Shown: positions 7,867 through 16,467, numbered from the stretch's first letter. The stretch is 17,348 nt of DNA from Campylobacterota bacterium (GCA_034722955.1 JAYEOM010000041.1:1-17348); one strand, 5' to 3'. Made by a program: numbers and translations. The notes: generated by a model from the letters alone, not told the origin.

Positions 7867-8868
7867 ATGATTACTTCTGATTATAAACCATTTGAGCCTG
7901 CTATAGGACTAAGAAATAGACATTTTCAAACACTATTTCCTCCTCTGTTCAGGAGACAAAAGAGACCTGAGGTAGAGATAGAGAGATTTGAGCTAGAAGA
8001 TGGTGACTTTGTAGAGTGCTTTTGGCACAATAGACCAAACAAGGGAGACAATAGACCTATCGCAACCCTCTTTCACGGTCTTGAGGGGTCATTTGACTCA
8101 CCATATATTCAAGGTATGATGCATGCTCTCAAAAGAGATGGGTTTAGCTCTGTTATCATGCACTTTAGAGGATGTTCTGGTATCAAAAACCGCTTATTTA
8201 GATCATATCATAGTGGCAAAACAGATGATGCAAAAGCTTGGTTCACCCATCTGCATCAGCACTACCCCCAAAATCCACTCTTTGCTGTAGGTTACTCCCT
8301 AGGTGGCAATATGCTACTGAAACTTTTAGGAGAGCAGCAGAACTCTTCACTCTTGAGGGCAGCCGTCTCTATATCTGCACCTATGCAGCTAGATATATCT
8401 GCCGATCGTGTCAATAGAGGATTTTCCAAACTTTACCAATATCATCTTATGAGACAACTAAAACACTCACTACTCCAGAAATACCAAGATCATGATATGC
8501 AATCCATCATCGGTATAGAGCCAAAAGCGGTCAAAAAACTAAAAAACTTCTGGGAGTTTGATGCTGTTTATACTGGACCTGTCAATGGATTTAGCTCTGC
8601 TACAGACTACTATCAAAAATCGAGTTCAAAACAGTTTCTAAAGATGATCAAGAGACCTACCCTCATCATTCAAGCACTAGACGACCCCTTTATGACACCT
8701 CAGATGCTACCCAAAGAGGATGAGATATCATCAAAGGTTCAGATAGAACTATATCCACATGGCGGACATGTAGGATTTGTCAGCGGAAGCTTTCTAAAGC
8801 CGCGATATTGGCTGGAAGATCGCATCATCAAATACTTTAAAACATTCACAGGAGACTCATCATGCTAA
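7867..8868 (+). CDS. YheT-family alpha/beta hydrolase
   Basis: NRHFQT, FHGLEGS, HFRGCSG, GYSLGG (Ser), ALDDPF (Asp) and GGHVGF (His). Confidence 0.9.
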   Translation: MITSDYKPFEPAIGLRNRHFQTLFPPLFRRQKRPEVEIERFELEDGDFVECFWHNRPNKGDNRPIATLFHGLEGSFDSPYIQGMMHALKRDGFSSVIMHFRGCSGIKNRLFRSYHSGKTDDAKAWFTHLHQHYPQNPLFAVGYSLGGNMLLKLLGEQQNSSLLRAAVSISAPMQLDISADRVNRGFSKLYQYHLMRQLKHSLLQKYQDHDMQSIIGIEPKAVKKLKNFWEFDAVYTGPVNGFSSATDYYQKSSSKQFLKMIKRPTLIIQALDDPFMTPQMLPKEDEISSKVQIELYPHGGHVGFVSGSFLKPRYWLEDRIIKYFKTFTGDSSC

Positions 8869-10715
8869 ATCACAACCTTCTACAGGAAACTTTCAATGAG
8901 ATCGATACATTGCGTAAAAAACTTCTGGAAGCAGATATCAAGGTAGAGGCTACACACCCTAGCTACCAAAGTTTTCTCAACCTCCAACACTACCTTATTT
9001 TACGCCAAAAAGATCATACGAGACTTCAAGAGAAGCTCTTTTTGCTATCGCTATCATCACTAGGACGATCAACAGCACATGTAGCTGCCAGCGTAGATAC
9101 ACTATACGATCAGTTAGCTTGCTCAATGGGTCAAAAACAGATCTCATCCAAAGAGACAAGAGCTTCTCGTCATGTGACAATCGACGAAGCTATCACACTA
9201 GCTTCACACAAAAGAGGTACCCTTTTTGGCGGAAGGGAGAGTGATAAACTCAGCAAGCAGAGAACTTCTGTGATGGTTACTCTGCCATCTTATGCAGCCG
9301 ACAACAGTGGTGATCTCATCCACAAACTTGCAGATGCCGGTGTTAGAATTTTTCGTATCAATACTGCACATGATGATGCAGAGAGATGGAGAGCAATGGC
9401 AGATGTCATCACTGATATCAACAGAGATCGAAAAAGTGATGAGAAGATGAAGATTTTTGTTGATCTTGCCGGTCCCAAGATCAGAACAGGTCGTATACGC
9501 AAACTGGATCTGCCTATTGTGATCGGGAGCAACAGAGCACTCAGAGAGGTATCAATCTATCCGGACAGTGGAGATGAGATCACTACAGCACCCAAAAGTA
9601 CCGATCCACTAACACAAATGCCCATACCTGCCAAGATAACCGTCTCAAAAAAACTCTTCAAGAAGATAAAAATCGGAAAGAGAGTCAAGATCATCGATGC
9701 TCATAGCAAAAAAGCTACGATCACTATCACAGAGCATACAGGTAGATCTGCAAAAGGAGTTATTGATAGAAAAGTTTTCCTGGATAAAGACTCTAAATTG
9801 ATCAGGAAAAATCGTCAGAGTACTCCTCTCTATCTTGAGAGTCAAGTTGAACCGATTCGTCTGGCTACTGGAGATAGGTTGACTATCACAGAGGAGGAGA
9901 TACTAGGTCATACTGCTCTGCTAGATAGGGGTGGGAAGGTGATAGAGCCTGCACTGATAAGCTGTAGTTTCAAAGGAGTAGCATCATTTGTAAGTGTTGG
10001 AGATAAAGTTTTTATAGATGATGGCAAGATAGGTCTAAAGGTGATAGAGAAGGATAAACAGGAGATACTTTGTGAAGTTACCAACGCAAAAGTCAATGGA
10101 TCACTACTCAAAGAGGAGAAGGGGATAAACTTCCCTGATTCACATATCAACATAGCAGCACTGACCCAAAATGACCGTCACAATCTCCTCTCTGTTATAG
10201 ATTTTGCAGATGATTTTAGCATCTCGTTTTGTCAAAGTGCTGATGATATCAGAGAGATACGAAATCTATTGATCGCCAACAATCGCAGTGATGCCGGCAT
10301 CATTGCCAAGATAGAGACAAAAAGAGCTGTCAGAAATATGCCTCAGATTCTCGAAGCACTGCTTGAGTGCGAAAAGAGTGGTGTGATGATCGCGAGAGGT
10401 GATCTAGCTATAGAAGTAGGATTTACCAATATGGCTGTCATACAGGAGGAGTTGCTTGATATATGCAATGGGGCACACACTCCTGTCATCTGGGCAACTC
10501 AAGTACTAGAGAGTCAAATGAAAAATAATTTACCCAGCAGAGCAGAGATAAGTGATGCAGCTATATCTGGTCGTGCTGAGTGTGTGATGCTCAACAAAGG
10601 TCCCTTTGCTATAGATACTATAGATATACTCAAACATATTCTCCATGATATGCATCTGCTTTTCAAAAAAAACCGCAAACTTCTTGGGAAGACTAAACTT
10701 TGGCAAAACCCTTGA
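8862..10715 (+). CDS. pyk: Pyruvate kinase, long atypical form
   Basis: RINTAH, DLAGPKIRTG, IDDGKI, AKIET, MIARGDLAIE, ATQVLES...PSRAEISD and CVMLN. Overlaps the upstream gene by 7 bp. Confidence 0.88.
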   Translation: MLNHNLLQETFNEIDTLRKKLLEADIKVEATHPSYQSFLNLQHYLILRQKDHTRLQEKLFLLSLSSLGRSTAHVAASVDTLYDQLACSMGQKQISSKETRASRHVTIDEAITLASHKRGTLFGGRESDKLSKQRTSVMVTLPSYAADNSGDLIHKLADAGVRIFRINTAHDDAERWRAMADVITDINRDRKSDEKMKIFVDLAGPKIRTGRIRKLDLPIVIGSNRALREVSIYPDSGDEITTAPKSTDPLTQMPIPAKITVSKKLFKKIKIGKRVKIIDAHSKKATITITEHTGRSAKGVIDRKVFLDKDSKLIRKNRQSTPLYLESQVEPIRLATGDRLTITEEEILGHTALLDRGGKVIEPALISCSFKGVASFVSVGDKVFIDDGKIGLKVIEKDKQEILCEVTNAKVNGSLLKEEKGINFPDSHINIAALTQNDRHNLLSVIDFADDFSISFCQSADDIREIRNLLIANNRSDAGIIAKIETKRAVRNMPQILEALLECEKSGVMIARGDLAIEVGFTNMAVIQEELLDICNGAHTPVIWATQVLESQMKNNLPSRAEISDAAISGRAECVMLNKGPFAIDTIDILKHILHDMHLLFKKNRKLLGKTKLWQNP

Positions 10716-10806
10716 GGTAAGGCTAGTCCTGCAAATTATATTTTGCAAATCTTACCCTCTTGGTGGCTTCTATTTGTGTGTTTATCTCCTTGGGGTAGCC
10801 TAACCT
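10715..10806. terminator. Inverted repeat filling the gap between convergent pyk and SDR; possible bidirectional terminator or small repeat element
   Basis: AGGTAAGGCTA (10715-10725) pairs with TAGCCTAACCT (10796-10806) with one mismatch; internal TGCAAA...TTTGCA stem. Confidence 0.4.
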
Positions 10807-10808
10807 TG

Positions 10809-11621
10809 TTATATTTTTTTCAATACTCCATCCAAGAGAGTGCTACTTAGAACTCTCTTGAGATAGCCTAAAAGATAGGTAGCTTTTGTGATATAGTATC
10901 GCGGCTTTGGTCTATCAGCTACGATAATATCATAAACTACTTTTGCTACAGAGTCTGCACCCTCATTGAAGGGCACTTTTTTGCTGCTGCCATCAAGACT
11001 AGAGAGGTAAAATCTTTTAAATCTTGAGTGTTCAATATCTATATTTTTTTCCAACTTCTTGAGAGCTGTTTTACGAAAATCACTTGTGATTGGACCTGTG
11101 TTGAGCAATACGGGATATATCTCTGTCCCCTTTAGCTCTAGCCTCAGTGTATCAGTCAAACCTTCGACTGCATATTTGCTTGCATTATATGCTCCTCTAC
11201 CTGCCAAAGAGACGATCCCAAGCACAGAACTATGCTGGATGATCTTGCCATAACTCTGCTCTCTCATGATAGGTATGATCTGTCGCGTACACTCGTGCAA
11301 TCCAAAAACATTGGTTTCAAACTGCTCTTTGAGTGTCGATATAGTGACATCCTCTATCATGCCAGGCTGTCCATATCCTGCATTGTTAAACCACACATCT
11401 ATATGATCTTCTAGCTGCAAAACCGCATCAATAACAGCCGTGATCTCCTCCGTCTTTGTCACATCCAGCCCCATAGCATTTTGAAAGCCCAGATCTTTGA
11501 GCATCTCTACATCTTTTGGATCTCTAGCTGTGGGGTAGACAGTCACAAAGCGATCTTTCAGATATATCGCTGTAGCCAACCCTATACCTGTACTGCACCC
11601 TGTAATGACAATATTGGTCAT
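10809..11621 (-). CDS. Short-chain dehydrogenase/reductase (YbbO-like)
   Basis: ITGCSTGIG, NNAGYG, SS...YNASK catalytic motif; AAGGAG RBS. Confidence 0.93.
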   Translation of the reverse strand: MTNIVITGCSTGIGLATAIYLKDRFVTVYPTARDPKDVEMLKDLGFQNAMGLDVTKTEEITAVIDAVLQLEDHIDVWFNNAGYGQPGMIEDVTISTLKEQFETNVFGLHECTRQIIPIMREQSYGKIIQHSSVLGIVSLAGRGAYNASKYAVEGLTDTLRLELKGTEIYPVLLNTGPITSDFRKTALKKLEKNIDIEHSRFKRFYLSSLDGSSKKVPFNEGADSVAKVVYDIIVADRPKPRYYITKATYLLGYLKRVLSSTLLDGVLKKI

Positions 11622-11648
11622 GTTTACTCCTTGATTCTGATAGACAAT

Positions 11649-11657
11649 AGTATAACA
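11649..11657 (-). promoter_or_regulatory. Putative extended -10 promoter of the SDR gene
   Basis: The minus strand reads TG-T-TATACT about 28 nt upstream of the ATG. Confidence 0.5.
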
Positions 11658-11718
11658 TCATTAAGTTGGCTTCAAGGTAACCAAATGACCCCCTGCTGTA
11701 TGTTTGGACTTTTGTTTT

Positions 11719-11809
11719 AAAAGGTTAATCGACGATTTTCTCGCAAATGCCCTAGATACAATGATAAATGCTAGATCCGTGATTTTTATTGAATAATTTG
11801 GAATTATAT
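11719..11809 (+). repeat. 91-bp dispersed direct repeat, copy 2 (loop and right arm of the 1190-1338 fold-back only)
   Basis: 75/91 identity to 1256-1346; no left arm upstream. Confidence 0.9.
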
Positions 11810-11880
11810 CACAAAAGTGAATATAGAGAACGGTAAATAGCTTGATCTGGCAAATCTGGAAATATTGCTATGTTTTAGCC

Positions 11881-11940
11881 GAGGTCAGGTGATTTGTGAT
11901 GCATTCGCTACGCTTCACGCATCACAAATCACCAGACCCC
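11881..11940. repeat. REP-like palindrome with GGTCAGGTGAT ends
   Basis: GAGGTCAGGTGATTTGTGATGC (11881-11902) pairs with GCATCACAAATCACCAGACCCC (11919-11940) at 20/22 positions; 16-nt loop. Confidence 0.85.
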
Positions 11941-11979
11941 TAACACCATTAGAGGTGAAATAATTAATCAAAATCTATT

Positions 11980-11995
11980 GTCCCTAAAGAGGGAC
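11980..11995 (-). terminator. Short hairpin downstream of hicB; possible weak terminator
   Basis: GTCCCT-AAAG-AGGGAC, 17 nt past the hicB stop; poor U-tract. Confidence 0.35.
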
Positions 11996-12012
11996 TTAGA
12001 GGTGTATATATT

Positions 12013-12408
12013 TTAATTAATAGATATATTATGTGAATTTAAATCTTGAATAACAAGATTTTGAAGATATGCACTACGATTGCCATTAAATTCTACAAGC
12101 CTCTCAGGTAATATTTCTATAATATCTCTTCGCATAATTACATTTATTCTTTTAAGCTTTTCAACTTTTATGTTAATAAGCTGAGGTGTTGCATTTTGTT
12201 CTATTTCAATATCTTTATTATTCATTAACTCTTCTAATGAAGAGGCTTTAGGTAAGACTTTTAAATCTTCACAATACAATTCACTTGCTTCTATAATATA
12301 ATGAATAGTATCAATAAATGTATCACCATAACTTGATGTAAAGTTTAAGTCAGGTACTACTGCGATATAGCCATCATCATCTTTATTTATAAAAGCTATA
12401 TATTCCAT
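12013..12408 (-). CDS. hicB: HicB-family antitoxin with a C-terminal ribbon-helix-helix
   Basis: YIAVVPDL...SYGDT...EASELY N-domain; KRINVIM...NRSAYL RHH; AAGGAG RBS; directly downstream of hicA. Confidence 0.92.
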   Translation of the reverse strand: MEYIAFINKDDDGYIAVVPDLNFTSSYGDTFIDTIHYIIEASELYCEDLKVLPKASSLEELMNNKDIEIEQNATPQLINIKVEKLKRINVIMRRDIIEILPERLVEFNGNRSAYLQNLVIQDLNSHNISIN

Positions 12409-12436
12409 TATTTCTCCTTTAATTTAATTTTTCAGA

Positions 12437-12625
12437 CTAGAGAAGCGTAATGCCACTCTGTCTTTCTATATTTTTAAGCGTCCCTTTTGGAATATCCTTA
12501 CTTCCTCCATGGTCTGGGACGATAACCGTTATACCATCTTTAAGGAGTTTTTTATGTGAGCCTTTTTGGGACTTTAACTCAAAACCGTGTGATTTTAAAA
12601 TTTTAAGCACTTGCTTAGCATTCAT
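12437..12625 (-). CDS. hicA: HicA-family mRNA interferase toxin
   Basis: KQVLKILKSHGF...QKGSH (catalytic His)...VIVPDH...DIPKGTLKNI. ATG 12625 chosen because AGGAGG lies at 12631-12636. Confidence 0.95.
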   Translation of the reverse strand: MNAKQVLKILKSHGFELKSQKGSHKKLLKDGITVIVPDHGGSKDIPKGTLKNIERQSGITLL

Positions 12626-12641
12626 CAACACCTCCTAAAGT

Positions 12642-12696
12642 ATACACATTATACACACTAAATACTTAATTTTATATAAATGCGTATAGTGTGTAT
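12642..12696 (-). promoter_or_regulatory. hicAB promoter with an inverted-repeat operator
   Basis: ATACACATTATAC (12642-12654) pairs with GTATAGTGTGTAT (12684-12696) at 12/13 positions. Minus-strand TATAAT at 12648-12653 lies inside one arm, preceded by TTAAGTATTT. Confidence 0.7.
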
Positions 12697-12755
12697 TTAT
12701 ATTTTGATTACGCTATAATTATTAGCATATAGAAGTAAAGGGGGTAAAGGGTAGG

Positions 12756-12838
12756 GTAAAGGGGTCAGGTGATGCTAACAACCATAGCCATTAGCGATGG
12801 GATGGAATGATAGCATTAGCATCACCTGACCCCTTTAC
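12756..12838. repeat. REP-like palindrome with perfect 23-bp arms
   Basis: GTAAAGGGGTCAGGTGATGCTAA (12756-12778) pairs with TTAGCATCACCTGACCCCTTTAC (12816-12838). The 37-nt loop has nested CCAT/ATGG stems, and GTAAAGGG is reiterated just upstream. Confidence 0.9.
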
Positions 12839-12977
12839 TTTACAAATTTTGCTGCTTCAACAGCTGGAGATCAATGTCAATGGAAAGAGCACAAATACAC
12901 CCCTATAGTAAACTTCAAAATGTTTGAGTTCGATAAATACAAATCCATATTTACACTGCTAGAGGGGGTGGTCTTTA

Positions 12978-13550
12978 CTAGCTTGCTATATCTCTAACGA
13001 TACGCTCTGATAGCTGCTCGAATGCTGCATTCATACTAGCTACTACAGAGTTCATACTCTTGTCTGTGGGGACTTTGGTGCTGAAGAGTTTGGCATGCTG
13101 TTTGTCTCTTTTGAGATCACTTATCTCCCAACTGGCATCTAGGTATACATAGTCACCATAAGCGATAAACTTATGAATTATCACTTTGATCTTGATACCT
13201 GCCTGTTTTGATAGATCCCAAGGGTAGGCGTAGACATTTGGGTGGTTAAAGCTTTTCTGGATAGTGGCGATCAACTCTTTTGTAAGTGAACTCTCCATAT
13301 CCTCTGCCCAGTTATCACTATCGGAGTAGCTGATCTGCGTAGGTGAAAGCTGTATGGCTATTTTGCCTTGTTTCATATACTCAGGTAGTCTGACTCTCTC
13401 CACTCCTATAGTAGCCAACCGCTTGTTTTGTCTCAGATCTATAGGCTTCGATCCCGACAACATATAGTAGTTGGCAGCTCCACCACAACCTGCCAATACG
13501 AAAAGTACCAAGCTTGCTAAAATCCATATCTTCATTTTGACTATTATCAT
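12978..13550 (-). CDS. pqiC: PqiC-like ABC-type transport auxiliary lipoprotein
   Basis: Lipobox LAGC; YYML; V.LPEY; WAE motif. Directly follows pqiB; start set at ATG 13550 after GGAG. Confidence 0.85.
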   Translation of the reverse strand: MIIVKMKIWILASLVLFVLAGCGGAANYYMLSGSKPIDLRQNKRLATIGVERVRLPEYMKQGKIAIQLSPTQISYSDSDNWAEDMESSLTKELIATIQKSFNHPNVYAYPWDLSKQAGIKIKVIIHKFIAYGDYVYLDASWEISDLKRDKQHAKLFSTKVPTDKSMNSVVASMNAAFEQLSERIVRDIAS

Positions 13551-13551
13551 A

Positions 13552-15195
13552 TCAATCTCCAAATATCAGTGAGTTAGGTTTTTGCTCAAGTTTTTTGAGT
13601 ACCTTTTGTGTATCTCGTGAAGCTCTGCTCACCTCCTTGAGCGTCTCAGTCAATTGGCTGGAGAGCAGTGACTCTCTGCCGTTTGACTTCATCATACTAT
13701 CTATGGATCGGAGTGTCTTTCTCAATCTTACCATCGTTTTGTTTAGCTGGGCTGGTATTTTGGAGAACTCTCTGCTGTCAACTATCTTGTTGATACCCTC
13801 AAGAGTTCTGTTTAGATTGACAAAGAGTTGATCTGTCTCACTTCTGTTTGTCTCCAAGATACCATTGAGATTATCTACAGTGTCATCTATGGAGCGTATC
13901 AGATCATCGAGTGGCAACTCACCCAATTTCACGATCAGCCCTTCCAATTCACTGACAAGTCCGCTGCCTTGTGTCGAAATAGTAGGAAAGTTGGCATATC
14001 CATTCTGATAAGTGATCATCTCTGTTTGATTATCCTCTGCAAACGATAGGTTGATATATAGCAGTCCGCTGATAGGATCATGCTCCTGCAGTGAAGCTCT
14101 GAGTCCATCTTTGACTGCTTGGATGAGATTTGCTTCTCCTGTTTTGTTGCTCTCATCGGGATCTATAAAAATAGAGGTATCTATAGAGATGAGTACCTTT
14201 CCGCTCAGCTTATGACTCTTGCTGTTGTAGCGATGTGCTATATCTTTGACTCTTCCTATATCAAACTTCTCATATCGTACTGATGCATCTCTCTTGAGTT
14301 TAGCTATAGACTCATCAAAATGCATCGCATACTCTCTGATAGCCTCTCCGCCCATCCCTATCTTTTTGTCTGCTGCTGTAGAACTATCTCTGTAGAGTCT
14401 AAAGATATAATCGTATGGCACCTTGCCACTGCTATCTTCACCGGCAGAGAACTCTATACCGCCCTTCACCAGATTAGATGCAGGAGCTACAGTAAAATCA
14501 AGCTGTCCATTTGCATAATTGATATTTAGTGTACTCTGCACCCAAAACTTGGTATCTACATGTATATATGGTGCATAAGTCTTTTCGATATATACGATAA
14601 CATCTACACTTTTTCCATCTAAAGATATAAATACATACTCTACATATCCAGCTTTCATATTTTTGAAAAATATAGGTGTACCTCTATCTACATTGAAGGA
14701 TGAGGAGGCGTTGAGGTGAAAATACTCTCCATCAGCCAATAGACGATATGGCTGTTCGAGTCCCATAAATCTCTTCTTATTAAATCTCTTTTTCTTGCTG
14801 TAGAGGTTGATATAAGTACCTGATATGATCGTATCCAGACCCGATACACCACTCATACCTACTGTGGGTTTTATGATCCAAAACTTTGCCTCTTCATTCA
14901 GATAATCAATAGCCTCCTTATCTATCCGCGCTGTCACCTTGATGCCGTCACCATCATCATCGAGTGCTACCTGTATAACTTGACCTATAGAGACATCTTT
15001 AAATTTGATCTGACTATGCCCTGCCTTCAGACCGCTATTCTTCTCAAAAGTGATCTCTATCTTTTGACCCAACTGAGAGTAGTGTTGATATGTCAACCAT
15101 AGTGCGATCACTATAGCGATAAATGGAACGATCCAGATAGATGTGATGAAGTTAAATCCATTGGACTCTTTGATCTCTGGTAATGCTTTGGACAT
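13552..15195 (-). CDS. pqiB: PqiB-family multi-MCE-domain intermembrane transport protein
   Basis: IWIVP N-terminal TM; GLKAG.SQIKFKDV.IG; SGLDTIISG.YI; three MCE-like repeats; helical tail ending PNSLIFG. Confidence 0.93.
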   Translation of the reverse strand: MSKALPEIKESNGFNFITSIWIVPFIAIVIALWLTYQHYSQLGQKIEITFEKNSGLKAGHSQIKFKDVSIGQVIQVALDDDGDGIKVTARIDKEAIDYLNEEAKFWIIKPTVGMSGVSGLDTIISGTYINLYSKKKRFNKKRFMGLEQPYRLLADGEYFHLNASSSFNVDRGTPIFFKNMKAGYVEYVFISLDGKSVDVIVYIEKTYAPYIHVDTKFWVQSTLNINYANGQLDFTVAPASNLVKGGIEFSAGEDSSGKVPYDYIFRLYRDSSTAADKKIGMGGEAIREYAMHFDESIAKLKRDASVRYEKFDIGRVKDIAHRYNSKSHKLSGKVLISIDTSIFIDPDESNKTGEANLIQAVKDGLRASLQEHDPISGLLYINLSFAEDNQTEMITYQNGYANFPTISTQGSGLVSELEGLIVKLGELPLDDLIRSIDDTVDNLNGILETNRSETDQLFVNLNRTLEGINKIVDSREFSKIPAQLNKTMVRLRKTLRSIDSMMKSNGRESLLSSQLTETLKEVSRASRDTQKVLKKLEQKPNSLIFGD

Positions 15196-15199
15196 CTAT

Positions 15200-15796
15200 C
15201 TACTCTCCCCTTATTAGTTTGGTATCAAATGATTGTGCTGAGAGCAGTGTGAAGAAAACCATAATGGCAAATGATGTAGATGCGGTCCCTGCTATGATCT
15301 CTATACCTGAGAGATGAACCAATCCTGCCAATATAACTACTACAAAGACATCTATCATCGACCAAGGACCGATGAACTCTGTCATATAGTAAATCTTGTG
15401 TTTATTGATTTTTCTATCATGTCCGATATGATATTTGACACTCACAAGCAGATATATCATCATCAAAAATTTGATAATAGGCACAAAAACAGATGCTATC
15501 AGTATAATCATAGCGACAGGATAGTCTCCATACTCCCACAAGGCGATCACTCCCCCAAGAATAGTACTGCTGCTCTGTGATCCAAACTGATCAATCACCA
15601 TCATAGGATATAGATTTGCCGGAAAATAAAATACTATAGCTGTCAAGAGATATGCCCAGCTCTTCTCTGTGGGATAGTTGCGGTGGTGATAGATTTTTGA
15701 TCCGCACCTACGACAAATATTATTTTGTTTGCTATCGATATTGACCGCTTCACAAATGGGACAACGAATCAATGAACTTGTATCAACAGACTGCAC
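15200..15796 (-). CDS. pqiA: Paraquat-inducible protein A family, second half-protein
   Basis: CPIC...CRRCG zinc ribbon; PANLYP; STILGGV; IGPWSMIDVFVV. Confidence 0.9.
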   Translation of the reverse strand: MQSVDTSSLIRCPICEAVNIDSKQNNICRRCGSKIYHHRNYPTEKSWAYLLTAIVFYFPANLYPMMVIDQFGSQSSSTILGGVIALWEYGDYPVAMIILIASVFVPIIKFLMMIYLLVSVKYHIGHDRKINKHKIYYMTEFIGPWSMIDVFVVVILAGLVHLSGIEIIAGTASTSFAIMVFFTLLSAQSFDTKLIRGE

Positions 15797-16451
15797 AGCT
15801 ACTCTCCTTGGTCTCTTTGTGATAGATATGCTCTCTAAGCATCCAAAGATCCCCTAGATGGATACTTCTCGTCAGATAGATATCTATCAATACAAATATA
15901 GAGAGTGTCCAAAAAGATATGCCGATATGGATATCTGCCATCCCTAGTAGTTTCACAAGTGCTACTAGTATACTGATCAGAAATATATCACTCATATGCC
16001 AAGGCTGTATATTTGCCAGCAAAATCAAAAAATCTTTTGTGAACTCTTCACATCTACCCATTTTCATCAATGAAAAGATCAAAATATAGAGCAGAAAGAT
16101 CATCAAGGGAAAGATCAGGATCAAAAATAGTACAAAAATACCAACAAGATAATAACCACTCTTGATCATTGAAGTGATCATAGAGATGATCGTAATAAAA
16201 CTCTCACTTCCTAAAATATTGATCTTTACAATAGGAAAAGAGTTTGCCAAAATAAAAAATATCAACCCCGTAATACTCCAAGCCAAACCCTGCTCAAGCA
16301 CTCTGCTATTGTGTGAATATAGAACTGATCCGCACTGACTGCAGAGTGCCTTGGATCTCTCTGCAATCTCTATCTCATGATAGAGTGTATTGCATCTGTG
16401 ACAAATGATATAATCATCCAGCTCATTTTCATTTTTCAATTCTATCTTCAT
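15783..16451 (-). CDS. pqiA: Paraquat-inducible protein A family, first half-protein
   Basis: CHRC...CSQCG; ANSFP; PWHMSDIFLISILVALVKL. Overlaps the next gene by 14 bp; ATG at 16451. Confidence 0.88.
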   Translation of the reverse strand: MKIELKNENELDDYIICHRCNTLYHEIEIAERSKALCSQCGSVLYSHNSRVLEQGLAWSITGLIFFILANSFPIVKINILGSESFITIISMITSMIKSGYYLVGIFVLFLILIFPLMIFLLYILIFSLMKMGRCEEFTKDFLILLANIQPWHMSDIFLISILVALVKLLGMADIHIGISFWTLSIFVLIDIYLTRSIHLGDLWMLREHIYHKETKESSCAVC

Positions 16452-16458
16452 GAACACA

Positions 16459-16467
16459 ATTATACCA
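16459..16467 (-). promoter_or_regulatory. Extended -10 promoter of the pqi operon
   Basis: The minus strand reads TG-G-TATAAT, then 7 nt, then ATG 16451. Confidence 0.6.

Noticed and set aside
1256..11809. 10.5-kb segment between the 91-bp direct repeats as a composite transposon or genomic island
   Set aside because: It contains housekeeping genes (truD, pgsA, rseP, yggS), has no integrase or transposase, and the repeats are 18% diverged.
11949..12004. 9-bp direct repeat TTAGAGGTG (11949-11957 and 11996-12004) as a target-site duplication
   Set aside because: It encloses only 38 bp with a small hairpin and does not bracket the hicAB cassette; it may be chance.
11881..12838. Palindromes as CRISPR repeats or ordinary terminators
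   Set aside because: There is no repeat-spacer periodicity and no cas gene. The stems are long, share an end motif, and one lies upstream of the hicA promoter. Incidental terminator activity is not excluded.
12830..12997. Stop-free + strand frame between the palindrome and pqiC
   Set aside because: No suitable start or RBS and no recognisable similarity; cannot be supported as a gene remnant.
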